A stretch of 37,399 nucleotides of DNA from an uncultured archaeon (GTDB lineage: Archaea > Aenigmatarchaeota > Aenigmatarchaeia > CG10238-14 > SCSR01): NCBI GenBank assembly GCA_964366355.1, contig CAYITO010000003.1, forward strand, positions 1-37,399, read 5' to 3'. A program made the position numbers and the translations under genes. Each line of letters begins with the position of its first letter. The first letter of the stretch is position 1. Of the stretch, positions 8,701-16,652 are shown in pieces. Under the pieces are notes generated by a model, which saw nothing but the letters and a program-made list of their open reading frames with translations, made no database searches and had not been told where the DNA came from.

Positions 8701-8917
8701 AAAAAAAGCTGATATAAAATTATCATATTTATTGGCAGTGGTAATTATAATCTTGATTGCTGTAATTGCCTATCTTGTTTTTGTCAAGCCAGTTGAAATA
8801 GCACCCGTCATTGTTACAACAGAAGAAGAAGCAGTTCAAATACAGGAGGATTTAGGCAGTTCTATCTCAGATATCAAAGATGATTTAGAAGGGTTGAAGA
8901 AAAGTCTTGGGAAGTAA
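8693..8917 (+). CDS. Small single-pass membrane protein with acidic helical tail
   Basis: 74 aa. GTG start overlaps the upstream stop by 8 nt. KK-rich N-terminus, TM helix LLAVVIIILIAVIAYLVFV, then an EEEAVQIQEDL...DDLEGLKK tail. Confidence 0.4.
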   Translation: MARKKADIKLSYLLAVVIIILIAVIAYLVFVKPVEIAPVIVTTEEEAVQIQEDLGSSISDIKDDLEGLKKSLGK

Positions 8918-8980
8918 ATTTAGTTTGTGTATCATATCAAAAAATATATTTATAAGGCAAAAAAACAAATTTAAATTAAG

Positions 8981-11497
8981 ATGTATAGACGCCTAGTTAT
9001 CTTTTTAACAGTCTTGATGGTATTGAGTTTCTATTCTATAGCGCCAATAGCGCAAACCGCTACTACAACAAATGTAGACACAGTAATAATCGTTAATGGC
9101 GGTGATGTAAGCACTCTAGATGCTGCAATAGCTGCAGCGATTTCTGCTGATATTGGTGCGCATGTTTTATATACAGAACATGAAGAGGTTCCTGCAGACT
9201 TGCAAACTCAACTAAAGAATCTTGATGCAGAAAATGTTGTTATTTTAGGCGGGCAGTCTGTTGTGTCGGAAAATATCGAGACCTCGCTTCAGGATCTTGG
9301 ATATGATGTTACAAGGTTGCATGGAACTACTGCAACCGGAACCGCTGTTGAAGCGATAGAGTACTTCTACGGTCCTGGGACGTTAGACGAAGTTTCTTTG
9401 GTGAAGTATGAAGGTGATACAGTGCAGGATTATAGCACCATCTTAACTTTGGCAGCAGAATTAGGACAACCAATAATACCAATTCCATCCGACGTTGAAG
9501 GTTTGCCGGGAGAAGTGACTAATTTATTAGCCACTACAGACGTTGAGCAAGTAACTTTAGTTGGTGATTTTGACCAAGAAGCGGCAATAGAGGAAGACTT
9601 GCAGGAGGTTAGAGTTGACGTCGAGACTAAGATAGAAGGAAATATCGATGCAGTAGAAGACCAATTGCAAAACCAAGTGTTGGACACGCTTACTGAAGGC
9701 GATCAGATAGTTTTTGTTGAAGAGGGCGAAGTTGCGCCTGTTTTGCCCGATCACAAGACCTACTTCTACAAGGATGAAAACAATGATGGTCTAGATGATG
9801 AATCAGGAAGCGTACTGGATGGCATAGGATTGGGATTATATGACCAGTATCCTTTCCTCAATAAGGAGTGTAAGTTCGTTGGGGATAATGAAGATGTCCA
9901 AAAAAGATTTGAGGAGGCAATGGAAAGCGCAGGCATACAGGTTTCGGCTGGAAAAGTAGGTGACTCGATAGGGACTGCGTTTACATTCACGAATGAAGAG
10001 GCGGCAAAACTATCCGAACATTTTGCAAAAAAAGAAGAGGAGTTCAAGAATTTGTATGAAAGGAATAAGGGATTGTTTGAGAGTGAGACAACCAAAGCGG
10101 CAGACCAGGCCAAAGCATTCCTTGAGTTAAACAAAGACAAATTATCGCCAACAGAGATTGAACTTGGATACAAATTCTTAGAAGAGCTTGATAAGGGAGA
10201 TGTTCAAAGCGCATGGAAACTATTCCACAAATTTGAAAACCATGTCGAATTTAACGATTATAAGGAAGTCGTAACAGATTCTGCAGAAGTGGCTAGAAGG
10301 GTTGGATTGGAGAAGGCTGATTTGGACAAATTGATTGAAGAATTCGGGGGGAAGGATGTGGCGTTACAGGCAGCTAACCTTGATGCAGGCAAGAAGATTG
10401 GACTTTTGGGTTTGGTTCCACCAGGGCATGAAGAGGCATTCAGAGCTAAAATGCAAGAGTTTATTGCAAGTGGTGTGAAGCCGGAGGACTGGGGCAAGGA
10501 ATTCTCTGAAGAGTATAAAAAAGACGGATATGAACATTATTATGAAGAGGCGAAGGAAAGGCATGACTATTGTGTAACGGCAAAATGCGGATTTGCAGAT
10601 GATTACAAGGATCCGAGCAAGTGGGCAGAAGAGGAGAAAAAGAAATATTTTGAGGAAGGCATAAGACACGAGGGAGAGGCTGTCTTATCTAACCTAGTAA
10701 ACCCAGAAGACTTGAGTGACCCGACAAAAGTAGCGCAGGTAATAAACAGGGTGGATGCTGTAGATTATACATTGCAAAAAGCTGGTGTAACTGATACTCA
10801 TTATCTAAATCCGGAAGATTGGCAAAAGGCTTATCAGACATATGCTACTGAAGGGAAATTGTCTAGTGCCGACATAAAGCAATACGAAGCCACTGTTACT
10901 GCTTACAGGACTTACGAGGCTGCACATCAGGGAGACTTCCATGCCCCAGAGGCTGGAAACTATGATGCAGCCAAAGGGACATTTACTTATGTAGATCCTA
11001 CATCAGGACAAGCGGTTAGTGGAACTTATACTCAAGGGCAATATACTTATACAGATCCCACAACTGGAACTACATACACGGGAACAAACACTGGAGCTGT
11101 TTATGAGCATACTGAGACTGGCTACCACGCTCCGGAAGGTTATTCGCCGCCCACATCATATCCGACACCTCCTGATTATATTACTCCATCGGGAAGTACA
11201 GGAACCACCACACAAACAACAACTTCGACGACTTCAGGCGGCACGTCTACAAGTACTGGATCAGTATATTCATACCCAACACCACAGTCTTATTCCACAC
11301 CATACGGAACCCCCGACTCTTATTCCTCACCATATGGAACACCTGAATCATATTCCTATCCAACACCCCATTCAGGACACTTTGTACTAGTGGACATCCC
11401 AGACTATATAAGATCTGTATTAGAAAGGGCGGGATTTGTGTGCGAGAAAGACCCAACAACCCAGCGATTTACCTGCAGATATGGTCTTCCTGGATAA
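8981..11497 (+). CDS. Secreted acidic surface protein with two CWB2-like (cell-wall-binding-repeat-2-like) units and a Tyr/Thr/Ser/Pro-rich C-terminal region
   Basis: 838 aa with a signal-like N-terminus. VIIVNGGDVSTLDAAIAAAISADIGAHVLYT...VVILGGQSVVS...VTRLHGTTATGTAVEAI matches the CWB2 pattern, and a second degenerate unit follows. TATA-like atatatttataa lies ~30 nt upstream. Confidence 0.75.
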   Translation: MYRRLVIFLTVLMVLSFYSIAPIAQTATTTNVDTVIIVNGGDVSTLDAAIAAAISADIGAHVLYTEHEEVPADLQTQLKNLDAENVVILGGQSVVSENIETSLQDLGYDVTRLHGTTATGTAVEAIEYFYGPGTLDEVSLVKYEGDTVQDYSTILTLAAELGQPIIPIPSDVEGLPGEVTNLLATTDVEQVTLVGDFDQEAAIEEDLQEVRVDVETKIEGNIDAVEDQLQNQVLDTLTEGDQIVFVEEGEVAPVLPDHKTYFYKDENNDGLDDESGSVLDGIGLGLYDQYPFLNKECKFVGDNEDVQKRFEEAMESAGIQVSAGKVGDSIGTAFTFTNEEAAKLSEHFAKKEEEFKNLYERNKGLFESETTKAADQAKAFLELNKDKLSPTEIELGYKFLEELDKGDVQSAWKLFHKFENHVEFNDYKEVVTDSAEVARRVGLEKADLDKLIEEFGGKDVALQAANLDAGKKIGLLGLVPPGHEEAFRAKMQEFIASGVKPEDWGKEFSEEYKKDGYEHYYEEAKERHDYCVTAKCGFADDYKDPSKWAEEEKKKYFEEGIRHEGEAVLSNLVNPEDLSDPTKVAQVINRVDAVDYTLQKAGVTDTHYLNPEDWQKAYQTYATEGKLSSADIKQYEATVTAYRTYEAAHQGDFHAPEAGNYDAAKGTFTYVDPTSGQAVSGTYTQGQYTYTDPTTGTTYTGTNTGAVYEHTETGYHAPEGYSPPTSYPTPPDYITPSGSTGTTTQTTTSTTSGGTSTSTGSVYSYPTPQSYSTPYGTPDSYSSPYGTPESYSYPTPHSGHFVLVDIPDYIRSVLERAGFVCEKDPTTQRFTCRYGLPG
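11288..11368 (+). repeat. In-frame 30-bp tandem repeat, ~2.7 copies (SYSTPYGTPD / SYSSPYGTPE / SYSYPTP)
   Basis: tcttattccacaccatacggaacccccgac / tcttattcctcaccatatggaacacctgaa / tcatattcctatccaacaccc. Confidence 0.85.
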
Positions 11498-11577
11498 GTG
11501 ATAAGTTTTTTGTCAATCTCTAAAATAATTCTATCACTATTTAAAAAATAATTAACTAGATTAACTATAAGATAATT

Positions 11578-14010
11578 GTGCATCACTCTATGTCATTTCA
11601 AATATTTGTCATTGTAATAACATTTTCATTCTTTGGTGTAATTGTTTATGCACATGATTTGAGAGGAACTGTCGAGAAGACAATTGTTGTCACAGATGAC
11701 GGATTTTATCCGGATTTTATCAGTATCCATGCTGGAACAAATGTTACATGGATCAATAATGGTAATGCATTTCATTGGCCAGCCTCTGATGTTCATCCGA
11801 CACATAAAATTTATCCTAGTTCTGGGATTGAAAAATGTGGCATGAGTGAGGCAAAAAATATCCTTGATGCATGCCGTGGGTTGAAAAAAGGTGAGAAATT
11901 TACATTTACTTTTGATAAGATTGGCAGATGGGGCGTGCATGATCACTTATATCCGGGTACTGTAATGGCCATTGAAGTTACAGAAGAACAAAGTAACAGT
12001 TTGCAAAACTTTTTAAGCAGATTATTCAATTTTCTATTAGGTTTTTTCAAGAAGAAAGAAATTATTCAATTCCCATCCTCTGAATATTTCCTCAATCTCA
12101 CTTATTTAGAACAGCAAAAACTGGTTAAAGAACTAGGCAAAAGCAACGCTGAAGAGTCTTGGAAATACTTGAAAAAAACTTTTGCCAGCAATGGCATTAA
12201 ACAAAATCCCCATGAATTTACACATATAGTCGGAAACGAAATTTATCGGCAAAAGGGTTTTGATGGTGTTGTTATCTGCGATCCGACATTTGCTTTCGGT
12301 TGCTATCATGGCGTTACTGAAAAGATGTTGGTGGATTTGGGAATTAATGCGATTCCCAAAATTGAAAATAGCTGCCTTGATATATTTCCTAAACAACCAC
12401 AGTCAGCTGCAAGCTGCATTCACGGCATTGGACATGGCTTGCTTACTTGGAGGGGTTTGGATGTCGGAAGCGCTTTGAAGGATTGTGATTTGCTTACTGA
12501 GCAATATCGTATCTACTGCTATGACGGGGTTTTTATGGAATATAGCTTTAGCGCGCCTAATGGTGCTGTGAAATGGGAATTTTGTGCAAGCTTCGATGAA
12601 AAATACCATCCGCTTTGTGCGAAATACCAGACATCTATTCTATTCAAAAGCGGTTTGAATTTTTCACAATCTGCAAAAGTTTGTGAAGAAGCGCCGAATG
12701 GAATATTGAAAGACAATTGTATATTTGGACTTGGGTTTTCCGCAGCCAATACTGCACAGGGCAATGACAACGAAATAAAAAAACTTTGTAATCTTGTTTC
12801 AAGTAAAGAAGGGCGATACACTTGCATAATTTATGCCGCTAAAGAGGTGATATTTCAAGAATATGCAAACTGGTGGGAGGTTTATAAAAACTTGTGCCAA
12901 GGACTGCCGGAAGATTGGGACGAATTGTGCTTAAACAAAACCAGAGAAACCATTGAAGGGTATAACAAACAAATTCCCTCATCCGAAATACAGCCGATGG
13001 AAATACAACAGATTAAAGAGACGGCCAATTTAACCGAACAAACTAAATTTTATAAAAAACTTATCGAACGTGTGGGGGTAGAACAAGCCCAAGAACATCT
13101 TTATTTTTCTGGGTTGCCATTCACAGGACAAACGCATCTTCTGAATCATGTTTCAGGCGATTATCTCTATGAAACCTATGGCGCTGGCGGACTTGTCAAA
13201 TGCAAGGATTATTTCTTGTCTTCCTGCTATCATGGGTTTATTCTTCACGCCATAGGCAGTAATGGTATAGATAGTATGGACGAAATAATGAATGAATGCA
13301 AGAAATTTGGGGTAACGGTTGTCTCGCAATGCTCGCATGCATTGGGTCATGGACTTTTGGTTTGGGTTGGATATCCTAATCTTCTAAAAGCGCTTGAGTT
13401 ATGTGATAAGATGAATGAAAGAATAGATGATTTCCCAGTATTCAATTGCAGGGATGGTGTGTTTATGGAGAATGTATGGGGTGTCCATGAGGGAAAGCCT
13501 TCACCAGAAAGATGGGTTAAGTCTGATGACCATTTCTACCCTTGCAATGATCCTAGGATAAATCCCAAGCATTTGAACGGATGCTGGTCCAATCAACCAA
13601 CGCTTATGTATCAGATGTTCAAGGGTGATTTGAGGAAAGTTGGCGACGAATGTTTGAAAGTCAAAAATTCCGATCACCAAAAAACTTGTTTCAACGGATT
13701 ATCACGACAGATACATCCACTTACCAAAGGAGATGTCAATTCAACATTCGAACTGTGCAGTCTTCTGCCGCCAGAATGGGTGGACTATTGCACAACTACT
13801 ATAGCGTTATCAGATTTTTCTGTAGGTGGGCGTGATTTGTCATTTAAAATCTGCGCTAAAATCAACGAGTCTGGCAAAGAATCCTGCTACCACAGCCTGT
13901 ATGGTGTCATGTTGGTGTATAGTAACACGGATGAGGAGTATCAGAAATTCTGCAGTGACATTTTAGAAGAGGAATGGAAGAAAGGTTGCATTGCGAATAA
14001 AAGGGCATGA
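11578..14010 (+). CDS. Secreted protein: cupredoxin-like domain plus two copies of an unassigned Cys/His-rich module
   Basis: 810 aa with an N-terminal anchor or signal. Cupredoxin-like block (aa ~30-135): HAGTNVTWINNGNAFHWPASDVHPTH...FTFDKIGRWGVHDHLYPGTVMAIEV. Module copies at aa ~170-460 and ~485-810 share H-x3-H-x-[VS]-G, C-YHG, C-x-H-[GA]-[IL]-GHG and C-x-DGVFME. Confidence 0.8.
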   Translation: MHHSMSFQIFVIVITFSFFGVIVYAHDLRGTVEKTIVVTDDGFYPDFISIHAGTNVTWINNGNAFHWPASDVHPTHKIYPSSGIEKCGMSEAKNILDACRGLKKGEKFTFTFDKIGRWGVHDHLYPGTVMAIEVTEEQSNSLQNFLSRLFNFLLGFFKKKEIIQFPSSEYFLNLTYLEQQKLVKELGKSNAEESWKYLKKTFASNGIKQNPHEFTHIVGNEIYRQKGFDGVVICDPTFAFGCYHGVTEKMLVDLGINAIPKIENSCLDIFPKQPQSAASCIHGIGHGLLTWRGLDVGSALKDCDLLTEQYRIYCYDGVFMEYSFSAPNGAVKWEFCASFDEKYHPLCAKYQTSILFKSGLNFSQSAKVCEEAPNGILKDNCIFGLGFSAANTAQGNDNEIKKLCNLVSSKEGRYTCIIYAAKEVIFQEYANWWEVYKNLCQGLPEDWDELCLNKTRETIEGYNKQIPSSEIQPMEIQQIKETANLTEQTKFYKKLIERVGVEQAQEHLYFSGLPFTGQTHLLNHVSGDYLYETYGAGGLVKCKDYFLSSCYHGFILHAIGSNGIDSMDEIMNECKKFGVTVVSQCSHALGHGLLVWVGYPNLLKALELCDKMNERIDDFPVFNCRDGVFMENVWGVHEGKPSPERWVKSDDHFYPCNDPRINPKHLNGCWSNQPTLMYQMFKGDLRKVGDECLKVKNSDHQKTCFNGLSRQIHPLTKGDVNSTFELCSLLPPEWVDYCTTTIALSDFSVGGRDLSFKICAKINESGKESCYHSLYGVMLVYSNTDEEYQKFCSDILEEEWKKGCIANKRA

Positions 14011-14019
14011 AGCCCATTA

Positions 14020-15234
14020 ATGGTATTTCTAATGGCTCGCAAATCCAGAAACAACGCAGTAAACCTATGGAATTTCATTTTTGTTCTTATAATTATGCTG
14101 ATTGTATTTCTAGCTTTTCCAATGAACCAAAAAACTAATTCAAAGGAATCGGCTTCAAAGGATGGTATAAAAGAATTGACAGCATCGGGCGTCTTAGATA
14201 TATTTGAATGTGGAAGCAACGAAACCTGCATGGATAACGTCTCAGAATTGTTGCTAAAAACAAGAAATGCAAAAGAACTTTTGGCTGAACTGGATGAATC
14301 GGGAAAGAAAGACAGTAGAATATTGATACAATGCCATCCAATTACCCATTCTGTAGGAAGAACTTTATACAAAAAATTATTGGAAGAAAATAAACATATT
14401 GCAGATGTGTTCCAGCAATGCGACCACACATGCCACTCTGGTTGCTTTCATGGCGCGATGGAAAGGGTGTTTTTTTCTGATGGATCATCTGATGGAGAGG
14501 ATCATGTAACACCCCAGATACTTAGAGAAAAAGTGCCGAGTGTTTGCGAGGGTTTTGATCAGGGACTGTCTGGAAATTTAAGATTTCAATGCTTGCATGG
14601 TTTGGGCCATGCAGTTGTTTTCTTCAACGATTATAATCTGATAGATTCTTTGAAATTGTGCGACTTGCTTCCAACCGATTGGGACAGATCTTCATGCCAT
14701 GGTGGAGCTTTCATGGAAAATGTCGTTGCCTCAAACAAAAGCAAAAGATTAGTAAGTAATGATCCGCATTTTCCCTGCAATATGCTGGAAGAAAAATACA
14801 AGAATTCTTGTTACCTTATGCAGACCAGCAGGATGCTTGAATTGGGCTTATCATATGAAAAGATAGGAAAAGAGTGTGAAAATGTTGAGAGTTACAGAAG
14901 CACTTGTATGATTAGTTTGGGTAGGGATGCTAGCAATGATGTCAGAAAGGATCCTAAATCTGCAAAAATTTGCATTGGTTTGCCGACTGAAAATGATAAT
15001 AAAAATTGCATAAGTGGCTTGGTTTATGCTTTGTCTGATAACTCGTGGGATGGTAGATACGCATTCCCCTATTGTGATGATCTGCCGGCTGATTATATTG
15101 ACTACTGTTATAAAACTACAATAGCTTATCTTATGCATTCACTCTTCATAGATAAAACAGCTCTCATAAAAAGTTGCCAAGCTCATTCATCTTATTATGA
15201 TTGTATAAATACTGTAAATAACTGGGCAAGCTAG
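14020..15234 (+). CDS. Secreted or membrane-anchored protein with one copy of the same Cys/His-rich module
   Basis: 404 aa with an N-terminal TM helix. CHPITHSVG, CDHTCHSGCFHG, FQCLHGLGHAVV and SSCHGGAFME are collinear with the two modules of 11578..14010. Confidence 0.8.
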   Translation: MVFLMARKSRNNAVNLWNFIFVLIIMLIVFLAFPMNQKTNSKESASKDGIKELTASGVLDIFECGSNETCMDNVSELLLKTRNAKELLAELDESGKKDSRILIQCHPITHSVGRTLYKKLLEENKHIADVFQQCDHTCHSGCFHGAMERVFFSDGSSDGEDHVTPQILREKVPSVCEGFDQGLSGNLRFQCLHGLGHAVVFFNDYNLIDSLKLCDLLPTDWDRSSCHGGAFMENVVASNKSKRLVSNDPHFPCNMLEEKYKNSCYLMQTSRMLELGLSYEKIGKECENVESYRSTCMISLGRDASNDVRKDPKSAKICIGLPTENDNKNCISGLVYALSDNSWDGRYAFPYCDDLPADYIDYCYKTTIAYLMHSLFIDKTALIKSCQAHSSYYDCINTVNNWAS

Positions 15235-15414
15235 ATTAACAGCTATTTCCACAAAACTTTTAAGACTAAGTTCTTACTATAATTTGTGATTGTACGGGCT
15301 GGATAGGAAAAAGATAGCGAGTCTGCATTTTCTATATCAAATTTTATTCTTTTTGATAATCTACAGGTCTTTGAAAAAATCTTGTTGCGGTCAATGAAGT
15401 TTGATTTGAGAATT

Positions 15415-15672
15415 CTAATATTTCCTGTAAACAATACTTCTATGACCCAGTTCCAATACGAAAATTATCATTCTCCTCTTTTCAATGCTCAATATGACTC
15501 TATAATCTCCAATGCGAAGTTTATACAAATCTATGCCTTTGAGTTTTTCAACAAATAAAAATGGATCAATTTTTATCTTTTCAACCTTATCTATGATCCT
15601 TTTAACTACTTGCTTTTCTAATTTCTCTAACTGTTTAAGCGATGTTCCTGTCCAACTGACGTCATAAGTCAT
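15415..15672 (-). CDS. RelE/ParE-family type II toxin
   Basis: 85 aa. LYKLRIGDYRVILSIEKRRMIIFVLELGHRSIVYRKY is the typical RelE/ParE C-terminal pattern. 4-nt overlap with the upstream gene. Confidence 0.8.
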   Translation of the reverse strand: MTYDVSWTGTSLKQLEKLEKQVVKRIIDKVEKIKIDPFLFVEKLKGIDLYKLRIGDYRVILSIEKRRMIIFVLELGHRSIVYRKY

Positions 15673-15896
15673 CTAATATGCAACTTCTTTTTAACTTCAG
15701 TTGTAGAATAGGTCCTGTTCTTCTTAATGTCTCCCAATGCATGTTCTATATTTTTTACAGTTCTGGGGCTAAGCTCGTATTCTTCTACATCCATGATTAA
15801 TCTCTTGATTACTTTGTTATACGTTTCAGCAGGATTAGTCTTCATCTTCTCAAGCATATTCTTTACCCTTTCTTCCAATTGTATTGTAGTTACCAT
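15669..15896 (-). CDS. Cognate antitoxin (small, N-terminal RHH-like strand-helix)
   Basis: 75 aa, TTIQLEERVKNMLEKMK. Position and overlap fit a toxin-antitoxin pair. Confidence 0.6.
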   Translation of the reverse strand: MVTTIQLEERVKNMLEKMKTNPAETYNKVIKRLIMDVEEYELSPRTVKNIEHALGDIKKNRTYSTTEVKKKLHIR

Positions 15897-15944
15897 AGTT
15901 AACTATAGTGTTCTATAGAATATAAAGATTTCTGATTAGAATTC

Positions 15945-16652
15945 CTATTTCGAAGAACTATGTTTTTTTATGAACAGGTCCTTGAAAAATTCTTCCTGCT
16001 CAGTTGCAATCTTTTTGCTTTGCTCTAGATGCAAAAGCGGCACCAAATGAGCTACTATCTTGTCCCTCTTCCAATCCTTTACGATTTCTTTGAATTCCAG
16101 TTTATCCTTGTTCAATCTAACCATCAACTCATCTATATTCTTCATTAATTTTTCAATCCTTATCTCTATATCCTCCTCATGCGTTACCACTGCATTCTGC
16201 AATTTCTCCTGCCACAATTGTCTCCTTTCAGTCTTCTTCTTTTCAACTGTCAATGCCTTCCTCAACGCATCCATTAGTTCATCCAAGGTAATCTGCCTTT
16301 TTGGAATTCTTTTCATCGGATAGCCAAGCTGAATCAACTTCGGATCTATCCCAAGTTCTTCAAATGGCTTAGGCTCCTTTGACATCTCATCAACATCCTC
16401 TTCATTCTCTGTAAAAATTGACAAATAATCCGACTTCAATCTCAGCAAAATTGCAGCAACGAAAACTATCTTTGCAGGAATCCTGAAATCAAGATCCTTG
16501 ACTGCATTGATGAATTTCAGGAAACTTTCGCTTAGTTTTGTCAAATCAATATTCCAAGGGTCTATGTTCTGGACATTTACAATATAGTAGATTATCTCCT
16601 CCCAATTTTCCTTTTCAACAATCATCTTCAATATGTTTTCTTCTTCTGTCAT
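15945..16652 (-). CDS. scpA: Segregation and condensation protein A (kleisin)
   Basis: ILKMIVEKENWEEIIYYIVNVQNIDPWNIDLTKLSESFLKFI...RIPAKIVFVAAILLRLKS. I place the start at ATG 16652-16650, which forms an ATGA overlap with the smc stop, rather than at the track start 16706. Confidence 0.85.
   Translation of the reverse strand: MTEEENILKMIVEKENWEEIIYYIVNVQNIDPWNIDLTKLSESFLKFINAVKDLDFRIPAKIVFVAAILLRLKSDYLSIFTENEEDVDEMSKEPKPFEELGIDPKLIQLGYPMKRIPKRQITLDELMDALRKALTVEKKKTERRQLWQEKLQNAVVTHEEDIEIRIEKLMKNIDELMVRLNKDKLEFKEIVKDWKRDKIVAHLVPLLHLEQSKKIATEQEEFFKDLFIKKHSSSK

Noticed and set aside
8690-8710. Programmed frameshift or sequencing indel at the A7 run fusing 6886..8700 to the downstream TM-helix ORF
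   Set aside because: The TAG stop precedes the A-run, and the downstream frame has TGA stops immediately upstream of 8693. No single slip in the homopolymer can join the frames.
9430-11586. Multiple antisense or alternative-frame ORFs inside 8981..11497 (for example 9766..10173 -, 10364..10669 -, 11019..11390 +)
   Set aside because: They are embedded in a long ORF with a signal peptide and recognisable repeats. Their translations are Ser/Leu/His-rich low-complexity mirror images of the acidic or repeat-rich coding strand.
13941-14429. 162-aa minus-strand ORF spanning the junction of the two Cys/His-module genes
   Set aside because: It overlaps two well-supported plus-strand genes, including their intergenic gap, and has no motifs. 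It is a shadow ORF.
15243-15434. 63-aa minus-strand ORF downstream of the RelE-like gene
   Set aside because: It has no recognisable features, an AT-rich lysine/isoleucine composition typical of random ORFs in this genome, and it overlaps the toxin gene's 3' end.
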